The notes beneath the pieces are model-generated. The model was not told where the DNA came from and searched no databases. It was given only the letters and a program-made list of their open reading frames with translations. Both the position numbers and the translations under genes were made by a program. This document shows, in pieces, positions 1 to 9,777 of a stretch of DNA of 64,000 nucleotides. Source of the DNA: an uncultured Gammaproteobacteria bacterium (lineage in GTDB: Bacteria; Patescibacteriota; Microgenomatia; UBA8517); NCBI GenBank assembly GCA_964524515.1, contig CAZGEA010000004.1:32015-96014 (forward strand), in the 5' to 3' direction. The first letter of the stretch is position 1; each line of letters begins with the position of its first letter.

Positions 1-468
1 CACAATTACTTTTTTGTTCTTAAAAAATGGTGCGTCACAAGGGGCACACGATGAAACACCACGGCCGATTAATTTTTGTTCTCCTTCAGCGCCTAACCAT
101 TTAGTTACTGCTCCTGTTGCAATAATTAGTGATTTTGCTGAGTAAATATCATTACCTGTTTTAATTTGAAATGGGTTTTTATCAATTACTACACTTTCCG
201 CTTTTTTTTCTAAAAATAATGCACCAAAACGTGTTGCTTGGTTTTTCATGTTAATCATTAGGTCTGGACCTTCGATTCCTTGGGGAAACCCGGGAAAATT
301 ATCTACAGTTGATGTGAGCATTAATTGCCCACCCCAACTTTCACCTGCAAATATTATTGTTGAGGCTGCACCACGTGTTGTATATATTGCTGCAGTTAAG
401 CTTGCAGGACCGGATCCAATTATTGCGACATCCCACAACCCCCCTGAAGGAGGTTGTGTGGAAATCAT
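1..468 (-). CDS. trxB: thioredoxin-disulfide reductase, N-terminal part (runs off left edge)
   Basis: Minus-strand translation from ATG at 468..466 gives MISTQPPSGGLWDVAIIGSGPASLTAAIYTTRGAAS (FAD GxGxxA fold). At the window edge it reads GVSSCAPCDAPFFKNKKVIV (redox CxxC). Absent from the ORF track because there is no stop codon in the window. Confidence 0.85.
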   Translation of the reverse strand, partial: MISTQPPSGGLWDVAIIGSGPASLTAAIYTTRGAASTIIFAGESWGGQLMLTSTVDNFPGFPQGIEGPDLMINMKNQATRFGALFLEKKAESVVIDKNPFQIKTGNDIYSAKSLIIATGAVTKWLGAEGEQKLIGRGVSSCAPCDAPFFKNKKVIV

Positions 469-484
469 ATCTTTTACGTTTTCG

Positions 485-721
485 TTATTGAGCATTTGTT
501 GCAGGTTGTTCTGTTGGCGGTGTTGGCATAGCAGTTGGTTCAGGTGTCTGAATTACTGGTACTTCCCCAACTGGTGCTGGCATCCCTACTGGCTCTGGCA
601 TAGCTGGAGCAGTTGGCTCAGGAGTCATTACTGGCTCAGGAGTTGACATTGGCTCTGGCATTGTTGGAGCAGTTGGAGCTGCTGGCATTCCCATTGGATT
701 ATTTGTTGTATCTTGTTGCAT
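485..721 (-). CDS. small proline-rich repeat protein (MPEP/TPEP-type low complexity)
   Basis: 78-aa ORF between trxA and trxB. Imperfect nucleotide repeats of GGCTCTGGCAT..GGAGCAGTTGG encode MPEP..PT repeats. No homolog recognised. Confidence 0.4.
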   Translation of the reverse strand: MQQDTTNNPMGMPAAPTAPTMPEPMSTPEPVMTPEPTAPAMPEPVGMPAPVGEVPVIQTPEPTAMPTPPTEQPATNAQ

Positions 722-750
722 TTATAAAGTCACCCCCTTGTTTTAAAAAA

Positions 751-1074
751 TTAACTTAAGCCTTGTTTTATTAAATCTTCAAAAGCTTGCTTTCCTGAAA
801 ATCCGACTTTTCTACCTATTTCTTTTCCTCCTTTGAATAATACAGTTGTTGGGATAGACATTATTCCGTATTTTTCTGCAGATCCCTGATTTTGATCTAC
901 ATCAACTTTTGCAATTTGGACTTTGCCATTGTATTCATTTGAAAGTTCTTCTAAAACTGGTTCTGCCATCTTACATGGCCCACACCATGGAGCCCAAAAA
1001 TCAACTAAAACTGGAGTGGCTGATCCCAAAACTTTTGTTTCAAAATCTGCATCTGAAATTGTGAAGGTTGCCAT
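751..1074 (-). CDS. trxA: thioredoxin
   Basis: WCGPCK active site and a typical thioredoxin fold sequence. The likely start is the internal Met (MATFTISD) at 1074; the ORF itself extends to 1110. Confidence 0.9.
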   Translation of the reverse strand: MATFTISDADFETKVLGSATPVLVDFWAPWCGPCKMAEPVLEELSNEYNGKVQIAKVDVDQNQGSAEKYGIMSIPTTVLFKGGKEIGRKVGFSGKQAFEDLIKQGLS

Positions 1075-1121
1075 TTTCACCACTATAAAGATGTGAGTAA
1101 ATAAAGTCAATATGGAAGCAT

Positions 1122-1931
1122 TTAATTATTTTGCATGGCAAAGGCATGGGCTCCCATTAGCCCACCAAATTCACCTAAATTTCCTTTTGTAATTTTTGGA
1201 ACTGAGAAAAAACTTCCAATTAATTTTTCAATTTCGTGATTTAGATTATCAATATTAATTTTAGGTGATAAACCTCCACCAACTATTAAAATTTCAGGTG
1301 ACCAATGAAGAATTGTATTTGATAGTCCTCGGGCTAAATCAAGTTCTAATTGATGCCAGACAGTTGGATCATCAATATCAGTTGGTAATTTATTGTATTT
1401 TTTTTCAAGAGCAAGCCCACCTACTTTTTCTTCGAGCGAAATATTTCCATCAATCAACTGTTCCCCGATTTCAAAACCTGCCCAATTTTTTGATATTTTT
1501 TTATCTTCAATTCTTACACCATTTACACCAGTTGAGACAGTGACATAGGCAACGATTGAATGATTAATTCCCTCTCCATATACTGCTTCTGCCAACCCCA
1601 CCAACGCTGTGTCATTTTCTAATAAAACTTTTGCGTTTGTTTTGTTTTGGATTTGATCTTTAATGTTTATCCCTATCCAGGAAGTTAAGTTCGAATCAAG
1701 AAGCGTTGTTTTTTCTCGATTCATTGGGCCTGCAATTCCTGCTACAATTATTTTTTTATTATTATCGACAATATATTTTGAAATAATATTTAATGCATCT
1801 TCAAAATTTTGTGGAGTGTCTACCACTATTTGATTTGCGACAGCATTGTTTTGAATAGACCCCATTCGAAGATGGGTTGCGCCAATATCAAAAACTGCTA
1901 GTTCGTTTTGATCTATTTTAATTTTTTCCAT
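1122..1931 (-). CDS. ROK-family sugar kinase (glucokinase-like)
   Basis: FDIGATHLR N-terminal ATPase motif, AGIAGPM and ENDTALVGLAE motifs typical of ROK/glucokinase. Overlaps the end of the GH15 gene by 19 nt. Confidence 0.7.
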   Translation of the reverse strand: MEKIKIDQNELAVFDIGATHLRMGSIQNNAVANQIVVDTPQNFEDALNIISKYIVDNNKKIIVAGIAGPMNREKTTLLDSNLTSWIGINIKDQIQNKTNAKVLLENDTALVGLAEAVYGEGINHSIVAYVTVSTGVNGVRIEDKKISKNWAGFEIGEQLIDGNISLEEKVGGLALEKKYNKLPTDIDDPTVWHQLELDLARGLSNTILHWSPEILIVGGGLSPKINIDNLNHEIEKLIGSFFSVPKITKGNLGEFGGLMGAHAFAMQNN

Positions 1932-3886
1932 TTATCTATATATTCTAGTACAGTTTGGACGAATTCTGCATGGGACCAAATAAGTGGAGTTGCTGAAATT
2001 GCATAACCCAAATAAGGATTTACCTGTTCACCTAATACGCCTGAAGGAAAAGCCCGCGAATAAGCCCATAAAATTATATCCCAGGCATCTTTTAGTTCAT
2101 CTTTTGATTTTGCTTTTTTAATATAGTATTGGGCTAGCCAAAGAGTTGTTATTATCCATGGATTTGAATGAGCAGTGCCTTCAATGCTTCCATACAAGTC
2201 CCCTTCAAATCTTATTAAACCACCAATGGGGCCTGGGTTTGTAAGTTTATTTTTAACTGTTTGCCAACCTTTTGCTAGCTGATCACTATCAATATCTAAA
2301 ATATCAAACTTTGTGACTGCATAAATACTACTTACATCACAAACTGGATCAACTTCTTTTGAATTGTTATCAAGATTGATTGATTTTACAAAATAATTTT
2401 CTTTTTCATCCCAAAGGTATTTTAAAAGTGCAGCTTTAATTTGTATTGATGCTTTAATCCACACGTCTTGATCTTCTCTTTTGCCTAACAAACTAGCAAA
2501 TTCAGAGGCAGTTACTAAAGCAGATGAAACTGATGCTGCTGTGAAAGTGTGGATTCCATATTTCATTTCCCAAAGATCATATGATGGTTTTGGCAGGCCT
2601 TCGGGGAAAGTGTAACTGACCATAAAATTAGCGGCTAACTTTATTACATTGTTATAAATTTTTTCAATAAATTCGAGATTTTTTGATTTTTGATAATGAT
2701 TTCCTAGACTCCAAATAAATAGTGCTGTTTCGTCTTCTTGGATTGCAAGAATTTTTTCACCTTTTTCGTTTACCCATGGATGCCAGGATGAAGCGATTGA
2801 TCTATCTGATCTGTACCTATGATAAAAATATCCATCAGGAGACATTACTCCTTGTGAGAATTCAAAAAATGGATGAGTGGTTTCAGTGTAGCCTGCGTTA
2901 TCCATTGCAAAGGCAACAAATGCTGCGTCCCTGTGCCAAACGTAACTGTAAGTATCACGGCCATAATAGAGCATATCTGAATCGCCTGAAGCGATTATTG
3001 GACCAGTGTTATCTATGTGAGTTCTAATTATAAAAAGAGACTTATTGTATAACTCAATTATATCTTTTCCCTTTGTATGGGACTCAAGAATTGAGAGATT
3101 TGTTTCTTCTTTGTTTTTATTGATCCAAGCATGCCAAAAATTTTTAGTTGACTCGATTATGTGATCTGACGATTTTTCTTTTATAAGACTATTTAGCGCT
3201 TTGAGTTCTTCAAGAGTTTTTGCCAAACAGATCCAGGTGTCGATATTCCATTCGCTATTTCCTTCAACTTCTTTTGAAAACTCAATTGTTGAATCAACTG
3301 AGCCGTGCTCGACTGAATTAACTGAAAGTTCACCATCTTCTGCATCACGCCATGTACCTTCCTTGCCTTCAATTCCTGCTAAACCAACCGTATAGCTTGA
3401 AAACCCCAATCCGTCACTTATACCTGAAATTAAAGCCATTCTTCTGCCTTTGTAATGAATGATTGCATTTTCGTCGGGATCAAAATAAACAGTATCGCCT
3501 TTTGTAATCCCATACATGTGGAATTGATGATGGAGAAATATTTTTATTTTTCTTTTGTTTGAAAAAAGATTTTTTACTTTTATTTTTCTAATTGATATGT
3601 TTTGCTCGTTATACACTGCATCTATCATTGAAAGCTCAACGCCAATATCACGATTTATTGCAATGGTTATGCCTACCATTGAATCTTTTTGAAAATCTAC
3701 AACTATTTGCCAACCTGGATCTGAAAGCCAGTGAATTTTATTGTCTACAAATATTCCAACTCGATCAACTCCACCTTGGGCCATTTGGTTTTCAAGACCT
3801 ACGTAATCAAAATAAATGTCTGCAATTTGCCCATGAAGATCAAGAGCTTGAAGAACTGATCCATTTCCCAATACTAAAGATCTCAT
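1913..3886 (-). CDS. glycoside hydrolase family 15 (glucoamylase/glucodextranase-like)
   Basis: 657 aa with a YSYVWHRDAAF motif and an (alpha/alpha)6-type C-terminal half resembling archaeal/bacterial GH15 enzymes. Confidence 0.75.
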   Translation of the reverse strand: MRSLVLGNGSVLQALDLHGQIADIYFDYVGLENQMAQGGVDRVGIFVDNKIHWLSDPGWQIVVDFQKDSMVGITIAINRDIGVELSMIDAVYNEQNISIRKIKVKNLFSNKRKIKIFLHHQFHMYGITKGDTVYFDPDENAIIHYKGRRMALISGISDGLGFSSYTVGLAGIEGKEGTWRDAEDGELSVNSVEHGSVDSTIEFSKEVEGNSEWNIDTWICLAKTLEELKALNSLIKEKSSDHIIESTKNFWHAWINKNKEETNLSILESHTKGKDIIELYNKSLFIIRTHIDNTGPIIASGDSDMLYYGRDTYSYVWHRDAAFVAFAMDNAGYTETTHPFFEFSQGVMSPDGYFYHRYRSDRSIASSWHPWVNEKGEKILAIQEDETALFIWSLGNHYQKSKNLEFIEKIYNNVIKLAANFMVSYTFPEGLPKPSYDLWEMKYGIHTFTAASVSSALVTASEFASLLGKREDQDVWIKASIQIKAALLKYLWDEKENYFVKSINLDNNSKEVDPVCDVSSIYAVTKFDILDIDSDQLAKGWQTVKNKLTNPGPIGGLIRFEGDLYGSIEGTAHSNPWIITTLWLAQYYIKKAKSKDELKDAWDIILWAYSRAFPSGVLGEQVNPYLGYAISATPLIWSHAEFVQTVLEYIDKWKKLK

Positions 3887-3887
3887 T

Positions 3888-4172
3888 TTAGTAATATTTT
3901 TCTATGTGATATTTTAAAATACTTATAAAAGGCAGCTTTGATTTATATCTAACCATTTTTTTGGCTAAATCTTCTTCACCTAAAACGTTTTTGATCCAAT
4001 TAACAAAATCATTTTTTTCTTTGTTCACATGATATTCAAAATCTAAATCAGACATTTGATTAACCGAATCAAATAATTCTTTTAAGTTAATTATCATTTG
4101 GCCATTTTTGAGCCAAAAGGCTTTATCTGAACCTGCGTTTTTTAATACTCTTCTTGTTTTTGGTTTTCTCAT
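3888..4172 (-). CDS. small hypothetical protein translationally coupled between GH57 and GH15 genes
   Basis: 94-aa ORF. Its start overlaps the GH57 stop by 4 nt and its stop is 1 nt from the GH15 start. No motif recognised. Confidence 0.5.
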   Translation of the reverse strand: MRKPKTRRVLKNAGSDKAFWLKNGQMIINLKELFDSVNQMSDLDFEYHVNKEKNDFVNWIKNVLGEEDLAKKMVRYKSKLPFISILKYHIEKYY

Positions 4173-5365
4173 ATCAATTCAACTCTTCTATTTAAATCAG
4201 ATAACACTCTCATAAAATACAAAAATGCCTCATATGGTGAATCATATGGATTGAAATATTTGTGAACATCTCCATCATTAAACCATTTTGTACACATATA
4301 GTAAACGTGATCTGAGGTTGTTAGTTTTTTCCAATCATTAATTAATTTTTTGTCTTTTGATTTTATTACTTTATCCCTTAATGCATATAATTTTAAAGAT
4401 GCTTCTTTTTGGATATCGTTTGACATCCAAGCTGATAAATCACGCTCTGTATCTGCCCATGAAGTAAAATCTGGGACATCTAATTCCCCGACTGATTTGT
4501 ATTTTTTAATTGCCATTGATGGCGTTACAAAATCATTGTCTTTATAACTTAGAATTTCACCAGGCAAACTTTCTAGAAAATTAAAAATTCCAGTCGATTC
4601 CCATTGGTGTTCTCCAAAAGTTTCATAATCCATAAAAAGATTAACCAAATTTCCATTTCCATTAATATTATTTACCCATTTGGCGAATTTTGGAGCTGTG
4701 AGAGGCCACTGACTCCAGCTTTTTTCACCAAAGCGAAATGCAATATCGTCTGATAGCTTATAATTTTTAAGAAGAATTGAAATTTTTTCATTTCCTGGTG
4801 GATTATAAATAAAGTTTGGACTGCGCCAATCCAAGATACGATCTGCTCCTTCTGCTAGAATCCCCGTGTAGCCTAATTCAGAGATGTAATTTGCTAGATC
4901 ATTATTATAAATTAATTCTGTATTTCTAAATACTTTTGGAGTTGTATCAAAAATTATTTGAATCTTTTTCTCATGTTCTTTTATTTGATTTTTAAATTCA
5001 TCTTTTGAAAAAAGAAATGATAATGAGTGATGATAAGTTTCACCTATTATTTCGACTTTTCCGGTTTTTACTAACTTTTGAAAACTAATTAATACTTCGG
5101 GAGCATATTCCATAAATTGATCAAGAATTACTCCTGTTATTGAAAAACTAACATGAAATTCAGGATATTTTTCCAATAAGTGCAAAAGAAGCGCATTTGT
5201 GGGCAGGTAACATTTTTGTGCTACTTTTTTGATAACTGCAATATTTGATTGTCTTCCATCAATTGAGTCATCAAAATATGAAGAATTTGAACCAATATCA
5301 AATATTTTATATTTGCGAACTCTATAAGGCTGATGGACATGGAAATACATGCATACTGATGCCAT
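4169..5365 (-). CDS. glycoside hydrolase family 57 (alpha-amylase / alpha-glucan-active enzyme)
   Basis: N-terminal MYFHVHQPYR (the GH57 HQP signature), plus EGADRILDW and FMDYETFGEH regions. Confidence 0.8.
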   Translation of the reverse strand: MASVCMYFHVHQPYRVRKYKIFDIGSNSSYFDDSIDGRQSNIAVIKKVAQKCYLPTNALLLHLLEKYPEFHVSFSITGVILDQFMEYAPEVLISFQKLVKTGKVEIIGETYHHSLSFLFSKDEFKNQIKEHEKKIQIIFDTTPKVFRNTELIYNNDLANYISELGYTGILAEGADRILDWRSPNFIYNPPGNEKISILLKNYKLSDDIAFRFGEKSWSQWPLTAPKFAKWVNNINGNGNLVNLFMDYETFGEHQWESTGIFNFLESLPGEILSYKDNDFVTPSMAIKKYKSVGELDVPDFTSWADTERDLSAWMSNDIQKEASLKLYALRDKVIKSKDKKLINDWKKLTTSDHVYYMCTKWFNDGDVHKYFNPYDSPYEAFLYFMRVLSDLNRRVELI

Positions 5366-5367
5366 TT

Positions 5368-6582
5368 TTATTGATTTAGTAAATTTTCATAAATTTTTAT
5401 TGTCTTTTGTGCTGCTTTATCCCAAGTGCAACCCAAGGCTTCGTTTCTTCCTAAATTTCCAAGCTGATTTTTTAATGATTTAAATTGAATTACTCCTAAA
5501 ATTTTGTCTGTCATATCGTCAACATCCCAAAAATCACACCTTAAAGCATTACTTACTACTTCTCCAACACCTGATTGATTGGATATTAATATTGGAGTTT
5601 TTTCAGAGAGGGCTTCAAGGGCTGTTAGGCCAAATGGTTCTGATACTGATGGCATAACAAATAGATCAGCGAGAGCGTATAAACCAGAAAGCTCGGCGCC
5701 TCTCACGAATCCTGCGAATAAAACTTTATCTGAGATACCAGCTTTTGCTACATCCATTATTATTTTTTTCTCCATATCACCTGAGCCTGCAATGATAAAC
5801 ATTGTTTTTGGGTTATATTGAAGTACTTTTTGTGCAGCTTTTATAAAATAATCTGGGCCCTTGGAAAGAGTGATACGACCAACAAATAAAACTATTGAAT
5901 ATCCATTTTCTTTATACTGCTTTAACCCATCATATAAATTATTATTTTGGTTTTTTTCTTCAAACTTAATTAATCCATTGTGGACAACTTCTACTTTTGA
6001 ATTATCTGCATCATAAAAGTTTCGCAAAATATCTTTTGTTAAATTGCTTACCGCTATTACTTTATCTGAATAATCTACTGCTTTTTTTTCGATTGAAAAG
6101 ACTTGAGGATTAACTCCTTTTCCCCCTCCTCTATCAATTTCTGTAGCATGAATGTGAGTTATTAAAGGTTTCCCTGACACTTCTTTTGATTTAATGCCAG
6201 CTAGAGTGGAGAGCCAATCGTGAGCGTGAATGATATCGAAATTTGTGCTTGTTGCAATTTCAGTGGCTACTGAGGCGTACCTTTCTACTTCACTAATTAA
6301 AGTTGAGCCATAATTTTTGTCGTTTGAATTTGAAAAATCATTAATATATGAATATGAAGTTTGATAGGCTTTTAGAAGTGAATTTATTTCTACTAAATTG
6401 ATCTTTTTATTATTTGCAAAAAGTATTTTCATAAAATTTGCTCTAGCATCAATCTTTTTTGGTAGCACAAATGTAATTTCAGTGCCAAGATTTGAAAGGG
6501 CCTGAGTTAAACCGAAACACGCAACGCCGAGGCCACCACTATTAAAAGGAGGGAATTCCCAACCAAACATGAGTATTTTCAT
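5368..6582 (-). CDS. glycogen-synthase-like glycosyltransferase (GT-B fold, GT4/GT5)
   Basis: MKILMFGWEFPPFNSGGLGVAC N-terminus and a C-terminal PSVSEPFGLTALEA (E-x7-E region). Sits next to GH57/GH15. Confidence 0.7.
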   Translation of the reverse strand: MKILMFGWEFPPFNSGGLGVACFGLTQALSNLGTEITFVLPKKIDARANFMKILFANNKKINLVEINSLLKAYQTSYSYINDFSNSNDKNYGSTLISEVERYASVATEIATSTNFDIIHAHDWLSTLAGIKSKEVSGKPLITHIHATEIDRGGGKGVNPQVFSIEKKAVDYSDKVIAVSNLTKDILRNFYDADNSKVEVVHNGLIKFEEKNQNNNLYDGLKQYKENGYSIVLFVGRITLSKGPDYFIKAAQKVLQYNPKTMFIIAGSGDMEKKIIMDVAKAGISDKVLFAGFVRGAELSGLYALADLFVMPSVSEPFGLTALEALSEKTPILISNQSGVGEVVSNALRCDFWDVDDMTDKILGVIQFKSLKNQLGNLGRNEALGCTWDKAAQKTIKIYENLLNQ

Positions 6583-6636
6583 ATCACTATTAGTTAACTA
6601 TAACCCTCAAATACAGCCCATTGGAAGGGTTATTTT

Positions 6637-7203
6637 TTAGTAGACTAACATGGAGAGTGCTAACAAAATAAGAACAATTAATATATAAAAAATAATATGA
6701 TTTCTGCCTAATTTTAGACTTTGTGGTATACCTGATAGCCAAGCATCAATTGATTGATTATTGGGAAGTGATTTAACCAAAGAAATAATTGAGCTTACAA
6801 AAAAACCAATTGCCACACCCTTACCAAATGAATTTGAAGAGGAGCTTATTGCAAAGAGTGTTAAAAAGAAAAACAAAATTTGAAACCAAACTTTGTGAAA
6901 AATTAGATCTTTTCTTTCATATGAAGTTTGAATAAGTAAATTAAAAAGTTTTTTCCACTGACCTGCATTTGCGAGAGCAATTGCTCTTTGACTTGTTAAC
7001 TCATGAGAATTTGTAAAAAATACATAAATTAAATGATCAATTTGAAATAATGCTAAACCCACCAAAGATCCTGCCAAAAGTGCCACTAAATATAACCAAT
7101 TACTGGAGTATTTTGTAAAATAAAACAAAAGTGGAACCAGAATTATTGGAATAAAAAAAGACAGATATTTCTTTATAAAACCCATAAATTCATTATATAG
7201 CAA
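6637..7203 (-). CDS. integral membrane protein, unknown function
   Basis: 188 aa with several long hydrophobic segments. Confidence 0.5.
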   Translation of the reverse strand: MLYNEFMGFIKKYLSFFIPIILVPLLFYFTKYSSNWLYLVALLAGSLVGLALFQIDHLIYVFFTNSHELTSQRAIALANAGQWKKLFNLLIQTSYERKDLIFHKVWFQILFFFLTLFAISSSSNSFGKGVAIGFFVSSIISLVKSLPNNQSIDAWLSGIPQSLKLGRNHIIFYILIVLILLALSMLVY

Positions 7204-7204
7204 A

Positions 7205-7756
7205 TCAAATGCCTGTGAATATTTGTACGAAAATTATTCCATAATTTTTATTTGAAACTGCACCAATACCTATTTTTCCAAAATTTTGATCTAGAATATT
7301 TTCTTTGTGGTTTTTTGAATTCATCAACCCCTTATTTGCCTCAATTGCACTACTTGTTAATGCCAAATTTTCACCGGCAAATTTAAACATTATATTTTTT
7401 GAATTAAGCCGCATTGAGACATTTGAACCATTTAGATCAACATGGCCAAAAAATCCCTCTTTCCACATTTTTTGAGCGTAATCTCTTGCAATATCGCTTA
7501 ATTTTTCATCAAGCACTAAAACTGGTAAATTGGATGTAATTCTTTCTTTGTTTGTTAATTCAAACAACTGATTTTCTTGTTTTTTTTCATCTTTTAAATT
7601 AATTGATTTAACATGAAGTGGTTTTGTTTGTGAGCTGTTTGAAGTTACTGTTACACTCGCGAAGGAATTTTGTATTAAATTTTTTGTATTTGAAAAATTG
7701 GGCAAAATGTAAACCAAGAAAGCAACAAGAATAATTAAACCTAAAAGCTTTTTCAT
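7205..7756 (-). CDS. CAP/SCP/PR1-like secreted protein
   Basis: N-terminal signal/TM segment, then ARDYAQKMWKEGFFGHVD and GENLA motifs typical of the CAP domain. Confidence 0.65.
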   Translation of the reverse strand: MKKLLGLIILVAFLVYILPNFSNTKNLIQNSFASVTVTSNSSQTKPLHVKSINLKDEKKQENQLFELTNKERITSNLPVLVLDEKLSDIARDYAQKMWKEGFFGHVDLNGSNVSMRLNSKNIMFKFAGENLALTSSAIEANKGLMNSKNHKENILDQNFGKIGIGAVSNKNYGIIFVQIFTGI

Positions 7757-8028
7757 TATTTTTTTTGTGTCAATTTAAGCTGTTTTAATTTCCACATGAA
7801 CAGTTTTCCTTTTGATCTTGCTGAGGAATCTTTGACAAATGTGCGAGCCGATTCGATTAATCCTCTTGGGTTTTCTTTAACTAGTTTCATATAAAGAGAT
7901 TTATGTTTTAAATCATCCAATTCAACAGCTAAATCGTATGCATAAAGCTGGAATTCGCGGGAGACATATTTGTCATCTTCAATTTTGTATTTGCCTACTA
8001 TATCGCCTATTTTTGTTGCATCAGCCAT
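7756..8028 (-). CDS. hypothetical protein
   Basis: 90-aa ORF packed between pth and the CAP gene. No motif recognised. Confidence 0.45.
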   Translation of the reverse strand: MADATKIGDIVGKYKIEDDKYVSREFQLYAYDLAVELDDLKHKSLYMKLVKENPRGLIESARTFVKDSSARSKGKLFMWKLKQLKLTQKK

Positions 8029-8030
8029 AG

Positions 8031-8537
8031 TTAGCCTAAGAAGGATTTTCCTATTTCTACCACTGTTTTGTTTATAATTGATTTTTCAGTTTCAGTGAAA
8101 TCTTCAAGCACATAAATATCACCTGGGATTCTATTTTTTACATCACGATTATCAACACCAACTCTTACACGCCAGAAATCTTTTGACTTTAGATTTTCCT
8201 CAATTGAATTTATTCCGTTGTGAATTTTTGGGCCTGTTGAAAGCTGAATCTTATAATCCCCTAAGACAATATCTAAATCATCATGGACTATATAAATATC
8301 GTTTAGATCAACTTTATAAAAGTTTTTAGCCAAAATAATAGCTTTACCTGAATCATTCATAAAAGTTTGAGGTTTAATCAAAATTATTTTATCGTTTTTT
8401 GCAATTAAATAGTTATTTTGTTTTTCAAAAGTTAAATTTAATTTTTCTGACAAAAAATCAACAAATATAAAACCAACATTGTGACGATTGTTTGTATATT
8501 TATCCTCTGGATTACCTAAGCCTGCAATTAATTTCAT
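8031..8537 (-). CDS. pth: peptidyl-tRNA hydrolase
   Basis: MKLIAGLGNPEDKYTNNRHNVGF N-terminus (GLGNPG..Y..TRHN-type signature), 168 aa. Confidence 0.9.
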   Translation of the reverse strand: MKLIAGLGNPEDKYTNNRHNVGFIFVDFLSEKLNLTFEKQNNYLIAKNDKIILIKPQTFMNDSGKAIILAKNFYKVDLNDIYIVHDDLDIVLGDYKIQLSTGPKIHNGINSIEENLKSKDFWRVRVGVDNRDVKNRIPGDIYVLEDFTETEKSIINKTVVEIGKSFLG

Positions 8538-8560
8538 ATGTTACCTTTGGCTATTGTAGC

Positions 8561-8610
8561 AAAAAAATTAGGCCAGTAATTCATTTGAATAATCAAATGA
8601 CACTTGGCCT
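8561..8610 (-). terminator. rho-independent terminator after the 8617..9348 gene
   Basis: On the minus strand, AGGCCAAGU..ACUGGCCU encloses an inner TCATTTGA/TCAAATGA stem. A U7 run follows (plus-strand aaaaaaa at 8561-8567). Confidence 0.7.
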
Positions 8611-8616
8611 TAAATA

Positions 8617-9348
8617 CTAACTTAGGGTTTCTGCTCCTTCAGGCAAGGTTTCTTGATTTTCAACAAGAAGCAGTGGTGAATTATAAATGGACCAGCACAT
8701 ACCATTTTCTTCTTGGACATCATTCACATTTACTTGGATTCCGGCAATATTCATTATCTCTCTTGAATCGCTTGGTTTTTTGGTTACCTCCAAGAGCAGT
8801 ATTTGACCTTTGGACAAAGTCAGATTTAGAAAAGAGACACCTTTGTTGTCATCGTTTAAAAGTACCAGAGAAATATCTCCAGGTGTTGCGTAAAAAGACC
8901 AGAGAATGTTTTCGATAGTGATTGAATTGGATGATTTACCTTTCATCGCAGATACAAAGCTGAACCCTTTGAATTCAGGTTCGGCGATTACACCAATTCC
9001 ACCATTTAGTAGAAAATTGTAAAATTTACTTTTGAATTGGTGCCTATTTAACTCCTGTATCAAATGGCTATTCGTTCCATTCAAATCAGAAATGTTTCTC
9101 TCAAGATCAGTTTGTTTAGACAATAGTCTTACGACTACCAGATTTAAATCGTTTTTGAGAGATGTTGCCAGTCCCATGATTATGGACAAGAATATTACAT
9201 TGACACCAAAAGTGTAGACGACAGAATCGATACTGGGAACATCGTTGTTAACTATTATGATACTGGTAGTAAAGTTCACTAATAGAAATAATACGGCAAT
9301 TCCAATTGATCCAAAAAAACTGAAAGTTGATTCTTTCATGACTACCAT
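8617..9348 (-). CDS. membrane-anchored hypothetical protein
   Basis: 243 aa with two N-terminal hydrophobic helices followed by a soluble domain. No motif recognised. Confidence 0.5.
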   Translation of the reverse strand: MVVMKESTFSFFGSIGIAVLFLLVNFTTSIIIVNNDVPSIDSVVYTFGVNVIFLSIIMGLATSLKNDLNLVVVRLLSKQTDLERNISDLNGTNSHLIQELNRHQFKSKFYNFLLNGGIGVIAEPEFKGFSFVSAMKGKSSNSITIENILWSFYATPGDISLVLLNDDNKGVSFLNLTLSKGQILLLEVTKKPSDSREIMNIAGIQVNVNDVQEENGMCWSIYNSPLLLVENQETLPEGAETLS

Positions 9349-9419
9349 CCTTGGTTGAACTCAAGTGTGCTATTTGAAACAATGAATTATATCCTATAAT
9401 TGTGAAGCGGGCAAATGAT

Positions 9420-9746
9420 TTATTTTTTCTTGCCTAAAAACTGATGAACATACTTACCAAAGAATGGTGCTTCCCAGATTTTTCCTTGAGATGCATTGTA
9501 AATCATGATTAGCCACAAGATAAACCATGCAATTGTTAATAATCCTGAAACTGGAGATAAAATGATTGTAATTCCAAATAAAATATTTAATACAAAGAAT
9601 ATAACTGAAGTGACAACAGATTGCATTGCGTGAAATCTTACAAATGGATCTTTTTCAAGAAGAAGGAATACAAAACCTGAGATAAAACCAAAGACATATG
9701 ATAGAGCTGCTGCTGTTTCTTTTTTAAGTCCTGTTCCCGATTTCAT
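9420..9746 (-). CDS. DUF4870-like small membrane protein
   Basis: YVFGFISGFVFLLLEKDPFVRFHAMQS pattern plus three TM helices. Confidence 0.6.
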   Translation of the reverse strand: MKSGTGLKKETAAALSYVFGFISGFVFLLLEKDPFVRFHAMQSVVTSVIFFVLNILFGITIILSPVSGLLTIAWFILWLIMIYNASQGKIWEAPFFGKYVHQFLGKKK

Positions 9747-9777
9747 ATATATAGAATCTCAATTATGTAAACACATG

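Noticed and set aside
248-646. 132-aa plus-strand ORF
   Set aside because: It is antisense to the clearly recognisable trxB N-terminus and to the Pro-rich repeat. The open frame is a by-product of the repeat and of trxB codon bias.
9441-9447. CUGAUGA match on the plus strand, and another on the minus strand at 54722-54728, as possible additional hammerheads
   Set aside because: Both lie inside coding sequence. Neither has a helix II hairpin followed by GAAA, nor a complementary helix I/III with a UH cleavage site.
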